A stretch of DNA of 64,000 nucleotides from Ilumatobacteraceae bacterium (lineage in GTDB: Bacteria; Actinomycetota; Acidimicrobiia; Acidimicrobiales; Ilumatobacteraceae). Within the stretch, counting starts at the first letter, position 1. Every line of letters starts with the position of its first letter. Below, piece by piece: positions 1 to 9,241 of this stretch. The stretch is from contig SHUW01000001.1 of assembly GCA_009694465.1 (NCBI GenBank), positions 3,723-67,722 of the forward strand. The letters run 5' to 3'. The notes below the pieces were generated by a model. It saw only the letters and a program-made list of their open reading frames with translations. It made no database searches and was not told where the DNA came from. Both the position numbers and the translations under genes were made by a program.

Positions 1-2
1 TC

Positions 3-908
3 GTGATTCAGAACTTTCGCCCCGGAGCAGTTGAACGTCTCGGCATCGGTTACGAGGACCTCAAAACCATCAACCCGAATCTCATTTATGTCAGCATCAG
101 TGGCTACGGACCTGACGGCCCCGACAGCGGCCACCGCGTGTACGACAATGTGATTCAAGCAGCCTCTGGCTTAGCAAGTGTGCAAACCGATCCGCGCGAC
201 GGCGAACCTGCGTTGTTTCGCACTCTGCTATGCGACAAAGTCACATCGCTGACTGCAGCACAGGCAATTTCATCGGCGCTCTATGCCAGAGCGGCTGGTA
301 ACGCCCAAGGCCAACACATCGTGCTGGCAATGCTCGATGCCGCCGTGGCGTTTATGTGGCCAGATTCCGGAATGGACGCGGTGCTTCTTGATGATGACGC
401 CAACCGCACTCCGACCATTGGCCAGAACTACGGCATCACTCGTCTGCAAGATGGATTCGCCGCTGTTGCCGTTGTCAGCGATAGTGAGTTTCGCGGTCTC
501 TGCCACACCTTTGGGCGACCCGACCTTGCAGACGACGAACGTTTCGCCACAATGGCTGCGCGCACGATGAATGCCTCCGAACTTGTGCCTGTGATGACAC
601 AACTTTCAGCACAACAGCTCACCAAAGACTTTGTGGCCCGAGCCCAATCGTTTGATGTGCCAGCAGCATCTGTGGTGACGCTCCCCGAACTCCCCTCACA
701 ACCTCAGATCGTCAACAATAAGGTTTTTGTTGAACGCCAACATCCCACGGCTGGTCGCGTTCGGGAACCTCGCCCAGCAGCGCGCTTTTCTGAGACTCCA
801 GCCACGGTCGGAAGTTTCGCCCCGACTCCTGGCGAACATAGCGATGAAATTGTCACCGAAATAGGGCTAGACGCTGCCGCCTTGAGAGCAGCGGGCGTCA
901 TTTTCTAA
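3..908 (+). CDS. CoA-transferase family III (CaiB/BaiF type), 5'-truncated at window edge
   Basis: The ORF is open to the window start. The segment FRPGAVERLGIGYEDL...NLIYVSISGYG is typical of family III CoA-transferases. Confidence 0.8.
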   Translation: MIQNFRPGAVERLGIGYEDLKTINPNLIYVSISGYGPDGPDSGHRVYDNVIQAASGLASVQTDPRDGEPALFRTLLCDKVTSLTAAQAISSALYARAAGNAQGQHIVLAMLDAAVAFMWPDSGMDAVLLDDDANRTPTIGQNYGITRLQDGFAAVAVVSDSEFRGLCHTFGRPDLADDERFATMAARTMNASELVPVMTQLSAQQLTKDFVARAQSFDVPAASVVTLPELPSQPQIVNNKVFVERQHPTAGRVREPRPAARFSETPATVGSFAPTPGEHSDEIVTEIGLDAAALRAAGVIF

Positions 909-966
909 AAGCCCGATCTATCTGTGATCTGGCGATCTCCGTCAGATTTGCGTCACGCAGTGTGGC

Positions 967-1746
967 TCAACCAGCAAGCACCGCGCGGGCTACTAAATCA
1001 GTTCCAAAAGAAGTCAGAATCGCCAAGTACATCAATCCTGTGGCAGCCATGACCGCCGAATAGGAACGCTCTTGTAAAGCCTTGAGAGTGACAACCCCTA
1101 ACACCCCAGTCGTGATCGCGCATGCACCCCAGAACCAGCCGAGTTGGCCGCTCCATCCATCATCAACTGAGCCGGTAAAGACGCTAAACATTCCCGTGGG
1201 AATCAACATCACGACGACTTCAAGTGGCCAAATAAATAAAAACATACGCACGATTTCATTGACATGACGGCGTGGCAAACCGGGCTGTACGAGATACCAA
1301 TGCCCGAGCAACATCGCGTCAGAAACAAAACCGAGAAATACTGCACCGACCACCGTCCGCACTATCGCCACGGCGTCATTGCCACCATCACTGACGCCGC
1401 AGGCCACTAAGGCGATCAGACCAACGGCAACTGGCCACAAGTCAATGCTTGGTTGAAACTCCTTGCCACCCGAAGTTTCCTTGCGCCGCACAATACTTTG
1501 ACCCAAGCCAAAGCTCGCTGTTACTGCGACGGTGATTGCGCCAATGTTGCGTATCATCTCGGCCGTCGATGAAGACCTCGAAGCAAAGCCGATATATGCC
1601 GCACTCACAGCCATCACGACATAGATCGAGCGCAGTAACCAGCCATAGCCAAGACCAACCTCGCGATGTCGAGTGGTAAACCAACAACCCAACATGCCGC
1701 CGACCGACCATTGCAAGAAAACGGTTGCGGCATCAAGTTTGATCAC
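967..1746 (-). CDS. Polytopic integral membrane protein, function unknown
   Basis: 259-aa ORF with repeated hydrophobic segments and no recognisable catalytic motif. Confidence 0.55.
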   Translation of the reverse strand: MIKLDAATVFLQWSVGGMLGCWFTTRHREVGLGYGWLLRSIYVVMAVSAAYIGFASRSSSTAEMIRNIGAITVAVTASFGLGQSIVRRKETSGGKEFQPSIDLWPVAVGLIALVACGVSDGGNDAVAIVRTVVGAVFLGFVSDAMLLGHWYLVQPGLPRRHVNEIVRMFLFIWPLEVVVMLIPTGMFSVFTGSVDDGWSGQLGWFWGACAITTGVLGVVTLKALQERSYSAVMAATGLMYLAILTSFGTDLVARAVLAG

Positions 1747-1818
1747 ATCTCTTACGATACGAGCAGCACTGCGCCGTGCGACAATTCCAAAACTGTGACT
1801 TCCATCTAGGCTGACACG

Positions 1819-2475
1819 ATGAAATTGCCCCCAGCGAGTCGCCTGACTCTGACCATGCTCTGCGCTGGAGTACTCCTTCAGGGCTGTTTCACTGGTCCCC
1901 GACCCACGCTTCTATCCCCCGCAACGACTCCCACGGTGGAGGATCAATCGGCACAGACGGTGATCGATATTTTAGCTTCGGGGGCGACTTTGACCTTCAC
2001 CGTCAACTATCGCGTGCTCACCAAGTTCGGCAATCTTTCCAGCGATGCCGCATTTGCTCATCATCCCGATTTCGGGAACAGTATCTCTATTGGAGACGTG
2101 CGTTTCATCTATGCACCAGATGGCACATCATTCACGTGCTCTACGACCACAGGAGAATGCAAGCCTGGGATAGACGAGTCGCGTGTTTCTGACCGTCAAC
2201 TTGTTTCAACAATTTTTCAGAGTTCTGCGATCGAGAGAATCTTGCAAGACACACGCGTCGCTGTGGGCATGGGTACGAGCACAACTTTGAGCATCGATGA
2301 TCAACCCACAACCTGCACGGCGATACCCGTTGTTGATTCCAACGCAACAACTCAGGAAAAGACCTATTGTGCTTTCGACAATCTGGGAGTCCTCGCCAGT
2401 CTCGAGACCGCCGATTTATCAATATCCGCGATCTCCGTCACACTCGTTGCAAACGCCGAACAATTCGCCGGCTGA
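1819..2475 (+). CDS. Putative secreted lipoprotein, function unknown
   Basis: N-terminal signal peptide ending in the lipobox-like LLQGC, followed by a Ser/Thr-rich mature part. Confidence 0.55.
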   Translation: MKLPPASRLTLTMLCAGVLLQGCFTGPRPTLLSPATTPTVEDQSAQTVIDILASGATLTFTVNYRVLTKFGNLSSDAAFAHHPDFGNSISIGDVRFIYAPDGTSFTCSTTTGECKPGIDESRVSDRQLVSTIFQSSAIERILQDTRVAVGMGTSTTLSIDDQPTTCTAIPVVDSNATTQEKTYCAFDNLGVLASLETADLSISAISVTLVANAEQFAG

Positions 2476-2496
2476 GGCCATCAAAGACCAACATTT

Positions 2497-3225
2497 TCAC
2501 TCGCTTGGATCACCAAAGCTGCTTCGCCTCAGACTGTAACTTCCTAAAATTTTCAGTTCCACTGAACGACCAGGTTCGGGCGAGTGAATCACTCCGAGAC
2601 CCGAGCCCAACCACATCATGATGTGACCTGGGTAGCGGACCAAGTCTCCCGCCTGAGCAGTCAAAATATTTCGCGGCTCGGCAGATCGCATCTGCTGGGT
2701 TGAATTGCGTTGAAGTGAAAATCCCGCTTCGCCCCAAGCGAAAGTAGTGAGTCCCGAACAGTCCAAGGCCACGCCAGGTTGCATTGCAAAACGGCGATAT
2801 GGAACTCCCAGTTGAGACACGGCAGCAAGAACTGCGATCTGATGTTCAGCGTCGGCTCGCGCCCAGGCTTCACTTAAACCACTGGCAGAAATTGACAGTC
2901 GCCTAGCGACCAGTGCGGCCACTTCTGTTCGCAGCGCTACATACTTCGCCGAGAGCACCGGCGGTCGATCGACACGAGTCACTCCATTGCTGATTTCCTC
3001 AAGTGCCATCAACGCCGTCCAGGACACGCGATCAAGCTGCGGTACGGAGCCTTTCTGCTGTGCAACGGCCGGGGCCGCGTGCGCCACACCCACACTCAGG
3101 GGGACCAGGGTGGAAGCAAGACTCAGGATGACAACCACGGCGCCACGCAGGCGTCGACCGAGGCTCGATCCGTCGGATGGCGATTCGTTGGAAGGTTGGT
3201 TGTTGGGAGTCAAGGGGGATCTCAT
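2497..3225 (-). CDS. NlpC/P60-family peptidoglycan endopeptidase (secreted)
   Basis: Signal peptide present. Catalytic Cys context LDCSGLTTFAW and His context YPGHIMMWLG match NlpC/P60. Confidence 0.85.
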   Translation of the reverse strand: MRSPLTPNNQPSNESPSDGSSLGRRLRGAVVVILSLASTLVPLSVGVAHAAPAVAQQKGSVPQLDRVSWTALMALEEISNGVTRVDRPPVLSAKYVALRTEVAALVARRLSISASGLSEAWARADAEHQIAVLAAVSQLGVPYRRFAMQPGVALDCSGLTTFAWGEAGFSLQRNSTQQMRSAEPRNILTAQAGDLVRYPGHIMMWLGSGLGVIHSPEPGRSVELKILGSYSLRRSSFGDPSE

Positions 3226-3310
3226 CAGTGTTCAATCGGTGCTGCCCGTGGGCGTTCCGTAACGATATCGCAATGAAACCGTCATATTTACCGCGCCCCC
3301 ACCATTAAAA

Positions 3311-3967
3311 GTGTCACAAAAAGCCGAAAATAAGCCAAACTCGCTGGTCAAAGGGCAGTATGTGAATGTGAACAAATTGTCCGATTCCCCACCTGACGCC
3401 ACCTTGGCGGTGCTTCTGGCGGCTGGGGCGGGATCGCGCTTCGGCGGTCAATCACACAAGTTGCTCACCGAAATGCCGAACTCGGGTGGAATCACGGTCT
3501 TTGAGATGGCTTTAGAAAATCTCTTGCAGGCAAACTTTCGACAGATCATCGTTGTCACCGGAGCGGCCTCAATCCCTGACGCTTTTTTGCGGCATCAGCA
3601 AATCTTGGTGGTCAACAACATTCGCTGGGCAGATGGGCAGGCAAGTTCGGTCAAGGCTGGTATTCAAGAAGCCATGCGCTTAGATGCCGAGGCCGTGATC
3701 GTCGGGCTCGCCGATCAACCCTTTGTGACTCCGCAAGCGTGGAGACTCGTGGCATCTTCGCTCTCGCCAATCGCCGTCGCTACGTATGGCAACAAACGCG
3801 GCAACCCCGTGCGACTCCACAAATCTGTGTGGTCTCTGCTGCCCGTCAGCGGAGATTCTGGAGCCCGAGATCTCATCCGCCTGCACCCCGAGCTCGTTTC
3901 GCAAGTAGATTGCCCTGGTTCCGCCGCCGATATCGACACGCAGGAGGATCTTGCACAATGGACTTAA
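3311..3967 (+). CDS. MobA/MocA-like nucleotidyltransferase (molybdenum cofactor cytidylyl/guanylyl-transferase family)
   Basis: LLAAGAGSRFGG...HKLL P-loop-like motif of the NTP_transf_3 family. The true start may be the internal GTG near 3362-3368, since the 3311 GTG has no SD. Confidence 0.7.
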   Translation: MSQKAENKPNSLVKGQYVNVNKLSDSPPDATLAVLLAAGAGSRFGGQSHKLLTEMPNSGGITVFEMALENLLQANFRQIIVVTGAASIPDAFLRHQQILVVNNIRWADGQASSVKAGIQEAMRLDAEAVIVGLADQPFVTPQAWRLVASSLSPIAVATYGNKRGNPVRLHKSVWSLLPVSGDSGARDLIRLHPELVSQVDCPGSAADIDTQEDLAQWT

Positions 3968-4641
3968 ATCACACTTTCACCGTCAATCAACCGATCGCCG
4001 AAACTTGGGTCGTACTCACCGACCTTGAGCGTATTGCTCCATGTCTGGCGGGCGCCGAACTCAAAGAAGTAGACGGCGACGTCTTCAAAGGTGGAGTAAA
4101 AATCAAGGTCGGACCGATCGTCGCGCAATTCAAGGGTGAAGCCCAATTTGCCGAACTTGATCATGTCAATTACCGCGCACACCTCAAGGCCACTGGTCGC
4201 GATATTGGTGGCAAAGGAAATGCTTCTGCCTCAGTCACCGCGCAACTGACTTCCCTCTCGGCGACAACGACATCGGTCAGTGTCGTCACTGATTTAGCGA
4301 TCACAGGCAAGGTGGCACAATTTGGTCGTGGGGCGTTGGCTGATATCAGCGAGAAAATAATCGCACAATTTGCCGACAATTTGAACACTTTGATTGACAA
4401 AGAAGGTGGCGCAGCAGCCCCCTCACTCAGTGCCGCTACGGCAGCACCTGCAGTCGGGCAGATCACCGATGCTTCAGCTGACAAACCAACTGTTCGCAAG
4501 ATTGAGGGACCAGCTGCCGAACCGCTCAACCTTCAGGCCTTGGCTGGCGGAGCAATGCTGAAGCGCCTATTACCTATCGCCGGCGCATTTCTTGGAATCT
4601 TCATGTTCTTCGGACGTCGTCGACGCCGACGCCAGAGTTGA
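3958..4641 (+). CDS. CoxG-like SRPBCC protein with C-terminal transmembrane anchor
   Basis: Start chosen at the ATG at 3958 (MDLNHTFTVNQP...), which overlaps the upstream stop. N-terminal CoxG/SRPBCC fold signature. The C-terminus is LLPIAGAFLGIFMFFGRRRRRRQS. Confidence 0.7.
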   Translation: MDLNHTFTVNQPIAETWVVLTDLERIAPCLAGAELKEVDGDVFKGGVKIKVGPIVAQFKGEAQFAELDHVNYRAHLKATGRDIGGKGNASASVTAQLTSLSATTTSVSVVTDLAITGKVAQFGRGALADISEKIIAQFADNLNTLIDKEGGAAAPSLSAATAAPAVGQITDASADKPTVRKIEGPAAEPLNLQALAGGAMLKRLLPIAGAFLGIFMFFGRRRRRRQS

Positions 4642-5102
4642 ACACCGAATACAACGCCACTGCCCACGACCGCGACCTCGTTCGTCAACTTCTCGGGCGC
4701 GAACCCAATGGTCAATTCGCTGTCGTCGTGCGTGATCTTGACGGCATGCCGAGCGTCATCAAAAATGCTCCGTTCCTTGATGATGGCACCCCGATGCCCA
4801 CTCGCTACTGGCTATGTTCGCCTCTCATTCTGATTGCCGTGAGTCGTCTTGAGGCCGCAGGTGGCGTCAATCAATCTGAAGCCGAGGTTGACCCCGAAGA
4901 ACTTGAACACGCCCATCGCCGCTATCAAGCAGAACGCGACGCAGATATTCCTGGCGACTACGCGGGTCCGCGACCCTCGGGAGGCGTTGCTGGAACACGC
5001 ACCGGAGTCAAATGCTTGCACGCGCATTACGCCTGGCATCTTGCTGGTGGCGATGACCCAGTTGGTCGCTGGGTGGCCGCTCGTCTTCAGGATGACTTAT
5101 GA
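4638..5102 (+). CDS. DUF501-domain protein
   Basis: TTG start overlapping the upstream stop. The conserved PTRYWLC and CLHAHYAWHLAGG segments are typical of DUF501, which precedes ppx in actinobacteria. Confidence 0.7.
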   Translation: MNTEYNATAHDRDLVRQLLGREPNGQFAVVVRDLDGMPSVIKNAPFLDDGTPMPTRYWLCSPLILIAVSRLEAAGGVNQSEAEVDPEELEHAHRRYQAERDADIPGDYAGPRPSGGVAGTRTGVKCLHAHYAWHLAGGDDPVGRWVAARLQDDL

Positions 5103-6028
5103 CTCACTCAGCAGACGACATCGTTGCCGCTATTGACATCGGAACCAATTCAACGAATCTGCGAATCGTTTCGCGACGCAACGGCATTGTTGATTCTCGA
5201 GTCACGGTTACTCGTCTCGGACAAGATGTCGATCAAAACCGCTCATTGAGCGAGGAAGCGATGCAACGAGTTATATCTTGTCTCGCTGACTATCGCCAAG
5301 TACTTGATAGTTACGGTTCATACGCCCTACGCGTTGTGGCATCAAGTGCCTGTCGTGATGCCAGCAATCGCGAAGATTTTTTTCTTCGTGTGGAGAAGAC
5401 CATTGGTGTTCAACCAGAATTGCTAAGTGGCCAAGATGAGGGCCGCCTGGCATATCGAGGATGCGTCACCAACCTCATACTTGATCCAGTTGGTCATCTG
5501 ATTATTGATATCGGCGGTGGCTCGACAGAGATCATGCTCGGCACAACACAACTTGATATCGCCCGCAGTATTGATGTCGGTGCCGTGCGTATCACCGAAC
5601 GGCATCTTCGCCGTGATCCACCCGCACCCGAAGAACTCCTCAACGCCATCGGTGAGGTACAGGACCTCTTTGAGGATTTGCTCCGCGAATTTCCAGACAT
5701 GGCGCGAGCACCACAAATCATCGGTACGGCAGGAACGATTGTCACGGTCGCTGCCGTGGAGATTGGTCAACGGGTCTTTGACCCTGCAGGGCTTCACGCT
5801 TTTCACCTCACGCGTTCAGCCATTGAGGATGTCTTTCGCACCTTGGCCACCGAATCTTTATCGGACCGTGCCCACAACCCCGGTCTGCCACGAGATCGCG
5901 CTGATGTCATTGTCGGAGGTTGCTGTGTACTGGTGGCCCTGATGCGATCTTTAGATGCTGACGAAATGATCGTCTCTGCGTACAACATCCTTGATGGAGT
6001 CTGTGCTGAACTACTAGGCAACCCATGA
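5099..6028 (+). CDS. ppx: Ppx/GppA-family exopolyphosphatase / guanosine pentaphosphate phosphohydrolase
   Basis: AAIDIGTNSTNLRIV and IDIGGGSTEI ASKHA-fold phosphate motifs. ATGA overlap with the DUF501 gene. Confidence 0.85.
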   Translation: MTHSADDIVAAIDIGTNSTNLRIVSRRNGIVDSRVTVTRLGQDVDQNRSLSEEAMQRVISCLADYRQVLDSYGSYALRVVASSACRDASNREDFFLRVEKTIGVQPELLSGQDEGRLAYRGCVTNLILDPVGHLIIDIGGGSTEIMLGTTQLDIARSIDVGAVRITERHLRRDPPAPEELLNAIGEVQDLFEDLLREFPDMARAPQIIGTAGTIVTVAAVEIGQRVFDPAGLHAFHLTRSAIEDVFRTLATESLSDRAHNPGLPRDRADVIVGGCCVLVALMRSLDADEMIVSAYNILDGVCAELLGNP

Positions 6029-6663
6029 GCAACTTTCAAGCCCACCCCGCCCGAACCCCAAGCGGTTTGCACCTGTACGGCAATCGCATTTTTTTGCGCT
6101 CCCTCACACCTGCCGATTTCACTGCTTGGTCTGAAGTACGGGCGCGCAACCGCGATTGGCTATTGGTTTGGGAACCACAGAAGTTCAAACATGCTCCAGA
6201 TCCCGAGACCGACCGAGAGGCATTCCGCGCACGTTGCGCGTTGCGCGACAGAGAACGTCAAAATGGTTCGGCATACACGTTTGGACTTTTTGTGAACAAT
6301 GCTTTTGCTGGTGAAATGAATATCAATATGGTGCAACGTGGAGCCTTGATGTCCGGCACGATCGGATACTGGATTGACCAAGCCCAAGCAGGTCAGTCGT
6401 ACACCGCCGAGGGTGTCGTCGTGGTCAGTCGTTACGCCTTTGAAGACCTAGGTTTGCATCGCCTAGAAATTTGTATCGTGCCGCGTAACGAAAATAGTCA
6501 ACGTGTCATGGAAAAGTTGGATATTCGTAACGAGGGCACAGCTCTTCGATTTCTAGAAATCAACGGTGTCTGGGAAGACCACGTGCGATATGCGATCACG
6601 ATTGAAGAATGGCAAGAACGCCGAGAGGAACTCACGAAGGATTGGCTCTCAGCCAACTCTTAA
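6025..6663 (+). CDS. GNAT-family N-acetyltransferase (RimJ/RimL-like)
   Basis: Length and the GYWIDQAQAGQSYTAEGV...FEDLGLHRLEICIVPRN segment match RimJ/L-type GNAT acetyltransferases. Confidence 0.8.
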   Translation: MSNFQAHPARTPSGLHLYGNRIFLRSLTPADFTAWSEVRARNRDWLLVWEPQKFKHAPDPETDREAFRARCALRDRERQNGSAYTFGLFVNNAFAGEMNINMVQRGALMSGTIGYWIDQAQAGQSYTAEGVVVVSRYAFEDLGLHRLEICIVPRNENSQRVMEKLDIRNEGTALRFLEINGVWEDHVRYAITIEEWQERREELTKDWLSANS

Positions 6664-6673
6664 GCCAAATTTC

Positions 6674-6994
6674 TCAGGCTGATTGCGCAAGGTCGCGATA
6701 CGCCGCGGCCTTTTGTCGGCGAACAGTCGTGCGACGTTTCCATTCTTTGACTTTCCAGTGCCGTTGATTGCGCACATGGTCCAACTTTTTCGCCGCACGC
6801 TCAGCATCGTGATGATGCATCGGCTTCCATTCGGCACCTGGCTCAACTACATCGTCAGAATCAACTCCATGACTCACCATTTCGGCGAGCCCGTGCAGTT
6901 CGCCTTTAACGCGATGTCTTTCCCCGTGGGCGTGGGCCCGCTGTTCGGCTCTCGGTAGCGGAACCGCTTCCTGACTTCGATGACGTTTGCTCAT
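6674..6994 (-). CDS. Small His-rich, highly basic hypothetical protein (106 aa)
   Basis: Start set at the ATG at 6994, which is preceded by AAGGAGG 5 nt upstream on the minus strand. I count 11 His, including MHHH and AHAH. No family recognised. Confidence 0.5.
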   Translation of the reverse strand: MSKRHRSQEAVPLPRAEQRAHAHGERHRVKGELHGLAEMVSHGVDSDDVVEPGAEWKPMHHHDAERAAKKLDHVRNQRHWKVKEWKRRTTVRRQKAAAYRDLAQSA

Positions 6995-7077
6995 TCGGTC
7001 CTCCTTTACAGGCTCCGTTGAACTCCCCCTAAGAACACCGTACAACAGTTGCCAAAAAAATCAAGTCACATTGCTGA

Positions 7078-7845
7078 TTACTTTTTCGACGAGATTTGAT
7101 TCTGCAGGGCGGCGATCCGCTCGGCGAACCAAGGCTGGCGGGTGCTCCACAGTTGCGGGGTTAATTCGCGTTCAACAGCTTCCTGATGTTGGGCCACATC
7201 GGCCATGGCTTGAATCGTCTTCTTCGTCTCTATCGACAATTCGCGCGGGGCGCTAGCGGCTCGCATGGCCATGGCATGAGCCGTGCTCAACAACTCGTCA
7301 TCTTCGACGCAGCGATGCACGATGCCCAGTCGCTCGGCCTCACGTCCATCAAGCACCTCACCAAAAATCACTGTTGCCATTGTCGTTTGCGGTCCTGCGA
7401 TGCGGCGCAACATCCATGTATGGCCACCACCAGGATGAATACCAATCTGTAAAAAGCGGGTATCAAACTTGGCCCGACGAGCAGCAATGCGGACATCGCA
7501 TCCCAAGGCAAGATTCATTCCCGCGCCAACGGCCGCACCGTTGACGGCAGCCAAAGTCGGCAACTCGCTGCGCGCAATGCGCAGAAAACCCTCGTAGATC
7601 GTACCGAGGCTCTCTGATGAACTCTGTTGCAGATTTCCCAAGTTGGCACCCGCACAAAATGCAGGGGCGGTTCCCGTGACAACGATTGCCCCGACGGCAC
7701 TGTCATTTTCAATGCGATCCATGGCTGCAATAATCTCAGCAACCATTGGCGCAGTGAGTGTGTTGCGTTCGCCGGGATTGTTCAAGGTGATTGTGGCAAC
7801 ACCGTCGGCAATGTCAAGTAATACGAGAGAATCTGAAGTAGTCAC
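7078..7845 (-). CDS. Enoyl-CoA hydratase/isomerase (crotonase) family protein
   Basis: ITLNNPGERNTL, FCAGANL and AAVNGAAVGAGMNLALGCD crotonase signatures. Confidence 0.85.
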   Translation of the reverse strand: MTTSDSLVLLDIADGVATITLNNPGERNTLTAPMVAEIIAAMDRIENDSAVGAIVVTGTAPAFCAGANLGNLQQSSSESLGTIYEGFLRIARSELPTLAAVNGAAVGAGMNLALGCDVRIAARRAKFDTRFLQIGIHPGGGHTWMLRRIAGPQTTMATVIFGEVLDGREAERLGIVHRCVEDDELLSTAHAMAMRAASAPRELSIETKKTIQAMADVAQHQEAVERELTPQLWSTRQPWFAERIAALQNQISSKK

Positions 7846-7903
7846 CTTGTTATTCTCGCACGAGACGTGGGCTCAACGGTGATCAGCGCAATAAGGTGCA
7901 GAG

Positions 7904-8593
7904 GTGCCTCCCGATCTCGACCAAACAGCCCAAGAGCGCAAGAGTCGTCCAGCAGCCACGGTGGTCCTGACACGACTCAGCGAGTCCTCCTCATGTGGCT
8001 TTGAGATCCTGATGTTGCAACGCAGCAAAGTCGGTGCTTTTGCAGGGATGTGGGTTTTTCCAGGAGGTCGAGTTGATGAAAATGACCCTGGCGAGGACGA
8101 TATTTCTCGAGCTCGCTCAGCCGCCGTCCGCGAAGCCGCTGAAGAGGTCAGCGCCACGATTGAAACCTCAACGCTGACTGTTTGGAGTCATTGGACCCCT
8201 CCGATGAATGCCCCCGTTCGTTTCACCACTTGGTTTTTTGTGGCACCTTGGGCAGGACCCGAAGTTCGCGTCGACAACTATGAGATCGTTGACCACGCAT
8301 GGATGGATCCACAGCATGCGTTGACATGCGGCATTGCCATGGCTCCACCCACGATCGTGACATTGCACGAACTTTTGGAAGTCGGCGACCATGCTCGCAT
8401 CCACAGCGTGCGCAATGAAGTACCCGCCTATGTCACGCGCCCAGCGGTGGCCAGTGATGGGTCCTCAATTTTTCTCTGGAATGGTGACGCCGGCTACGAA
8501 TCAGGAGATCCTGATATCGCTGGGCCACGCAACAGGCTTCTCTTACCCGAGGGATTTGGTGGATCAGTTTTCCAGTACATCCGGTCCGCCTAA
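7904..8593 (+). CDS. NUDIX hydrolase
   Basis: Nudix box GGRVDEND...AAVREAAEEV. GTG start; the exact start is uncertain. Confidence 0.7.
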   Translation: MPPDLDQTAQERKSRPAATVVLTRLSESSSCGFEILMLQRSKVGAFAGMWVFPGGRVDENDPGEDDISRARSAAVREAAEEVSATIETSTLTVWSHWTPPMNAPVRFTTWFFVAPWAGPEVRVDNYEIVDHAWMDPQHALTCGIAMAPPTIVTLHELLEVGDHARIHSVRNEVPAYVTRPAVASDGSSIFLWNGDAGYESGDPDIAGPRNRLLLPEGFGGSVFQYIRSA

Positions 8594-8629
8594 GCGACCT
8601 CGCTGACTGACGATGTAGCGTCATCTCTC

Positions 8630-9241
8630 ATGCTTGACCATGTATTTACCGACGTCATTAGCGCCTTGCGCGAAGCATTTGAGCGCGCATTTCTTGAGCG
8701 TCAAGCCTTTGAAGAACATTTTCAGGTTGATATTCAACTCGGTGATGTGAGTTGGGAAACCAGTTACGGTCTCCCAGGTGAAGGTCAACCACCGCGCATC
8801 GTTGCGCACATCACATTTGATTGGCCATCATGGAGCCAGACCGCCTATCGCAAGTGGTATATCGAGGAAACCATTGAGGAACTACCTGCTATCGAAATGG
8901 AAATCGTGTTGCGGATTCAACGAATTCAGGACACACCAGAACTCTCGGCCGTTCGCTCACTATTGCCGATTACCAGCCCGCTTATTGGCAACGGAAGACT
9001 TGAGCGAGCTGGATTAACTATCGAATCAACCTTTCTCGATGACGAAAGCCCCGCAGAGCACGCAGTTGAGGCAACGTATGAAGGTCTTTATGAATTAGCC
9101 GAAGAATCTTTATCTGATGGAGTCGGTACTTTACTTGACGACCATTTCGGTGCGCTTGGCGGGTGGATCGCGGCGATGTTGGTGATGCTCGGCGATGTCA
9201 AATACACATTCCTGCCCGCTGACATCACCGAAGAAGAATGA
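8630..9241 (+). CDS. Acidic hypothetical protein
   Basis: 203-aa ORF rich in Glu/Asp. Its stop overlaps the start of the downstream crotonase (ATGA). No family recognised. Confidence 0.5.
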   Translation: MLDHVFTDVISALREAFERAFLERQAFEEHFQVDIQLGDVSWETSYGLPGEGQPPRIVAHITFDWPSWSQTAYRKWYIEETIEELPAIEMEIVLRIQRIQDTPELSAVRSLLPITSPLIGNGRLERAGLTIESTFLDDESPAEHAVEATYEGLYELAEESLSDGVGTLLDDHFGALGGWIAAMLVMLGDVKYTFLPADITEEE

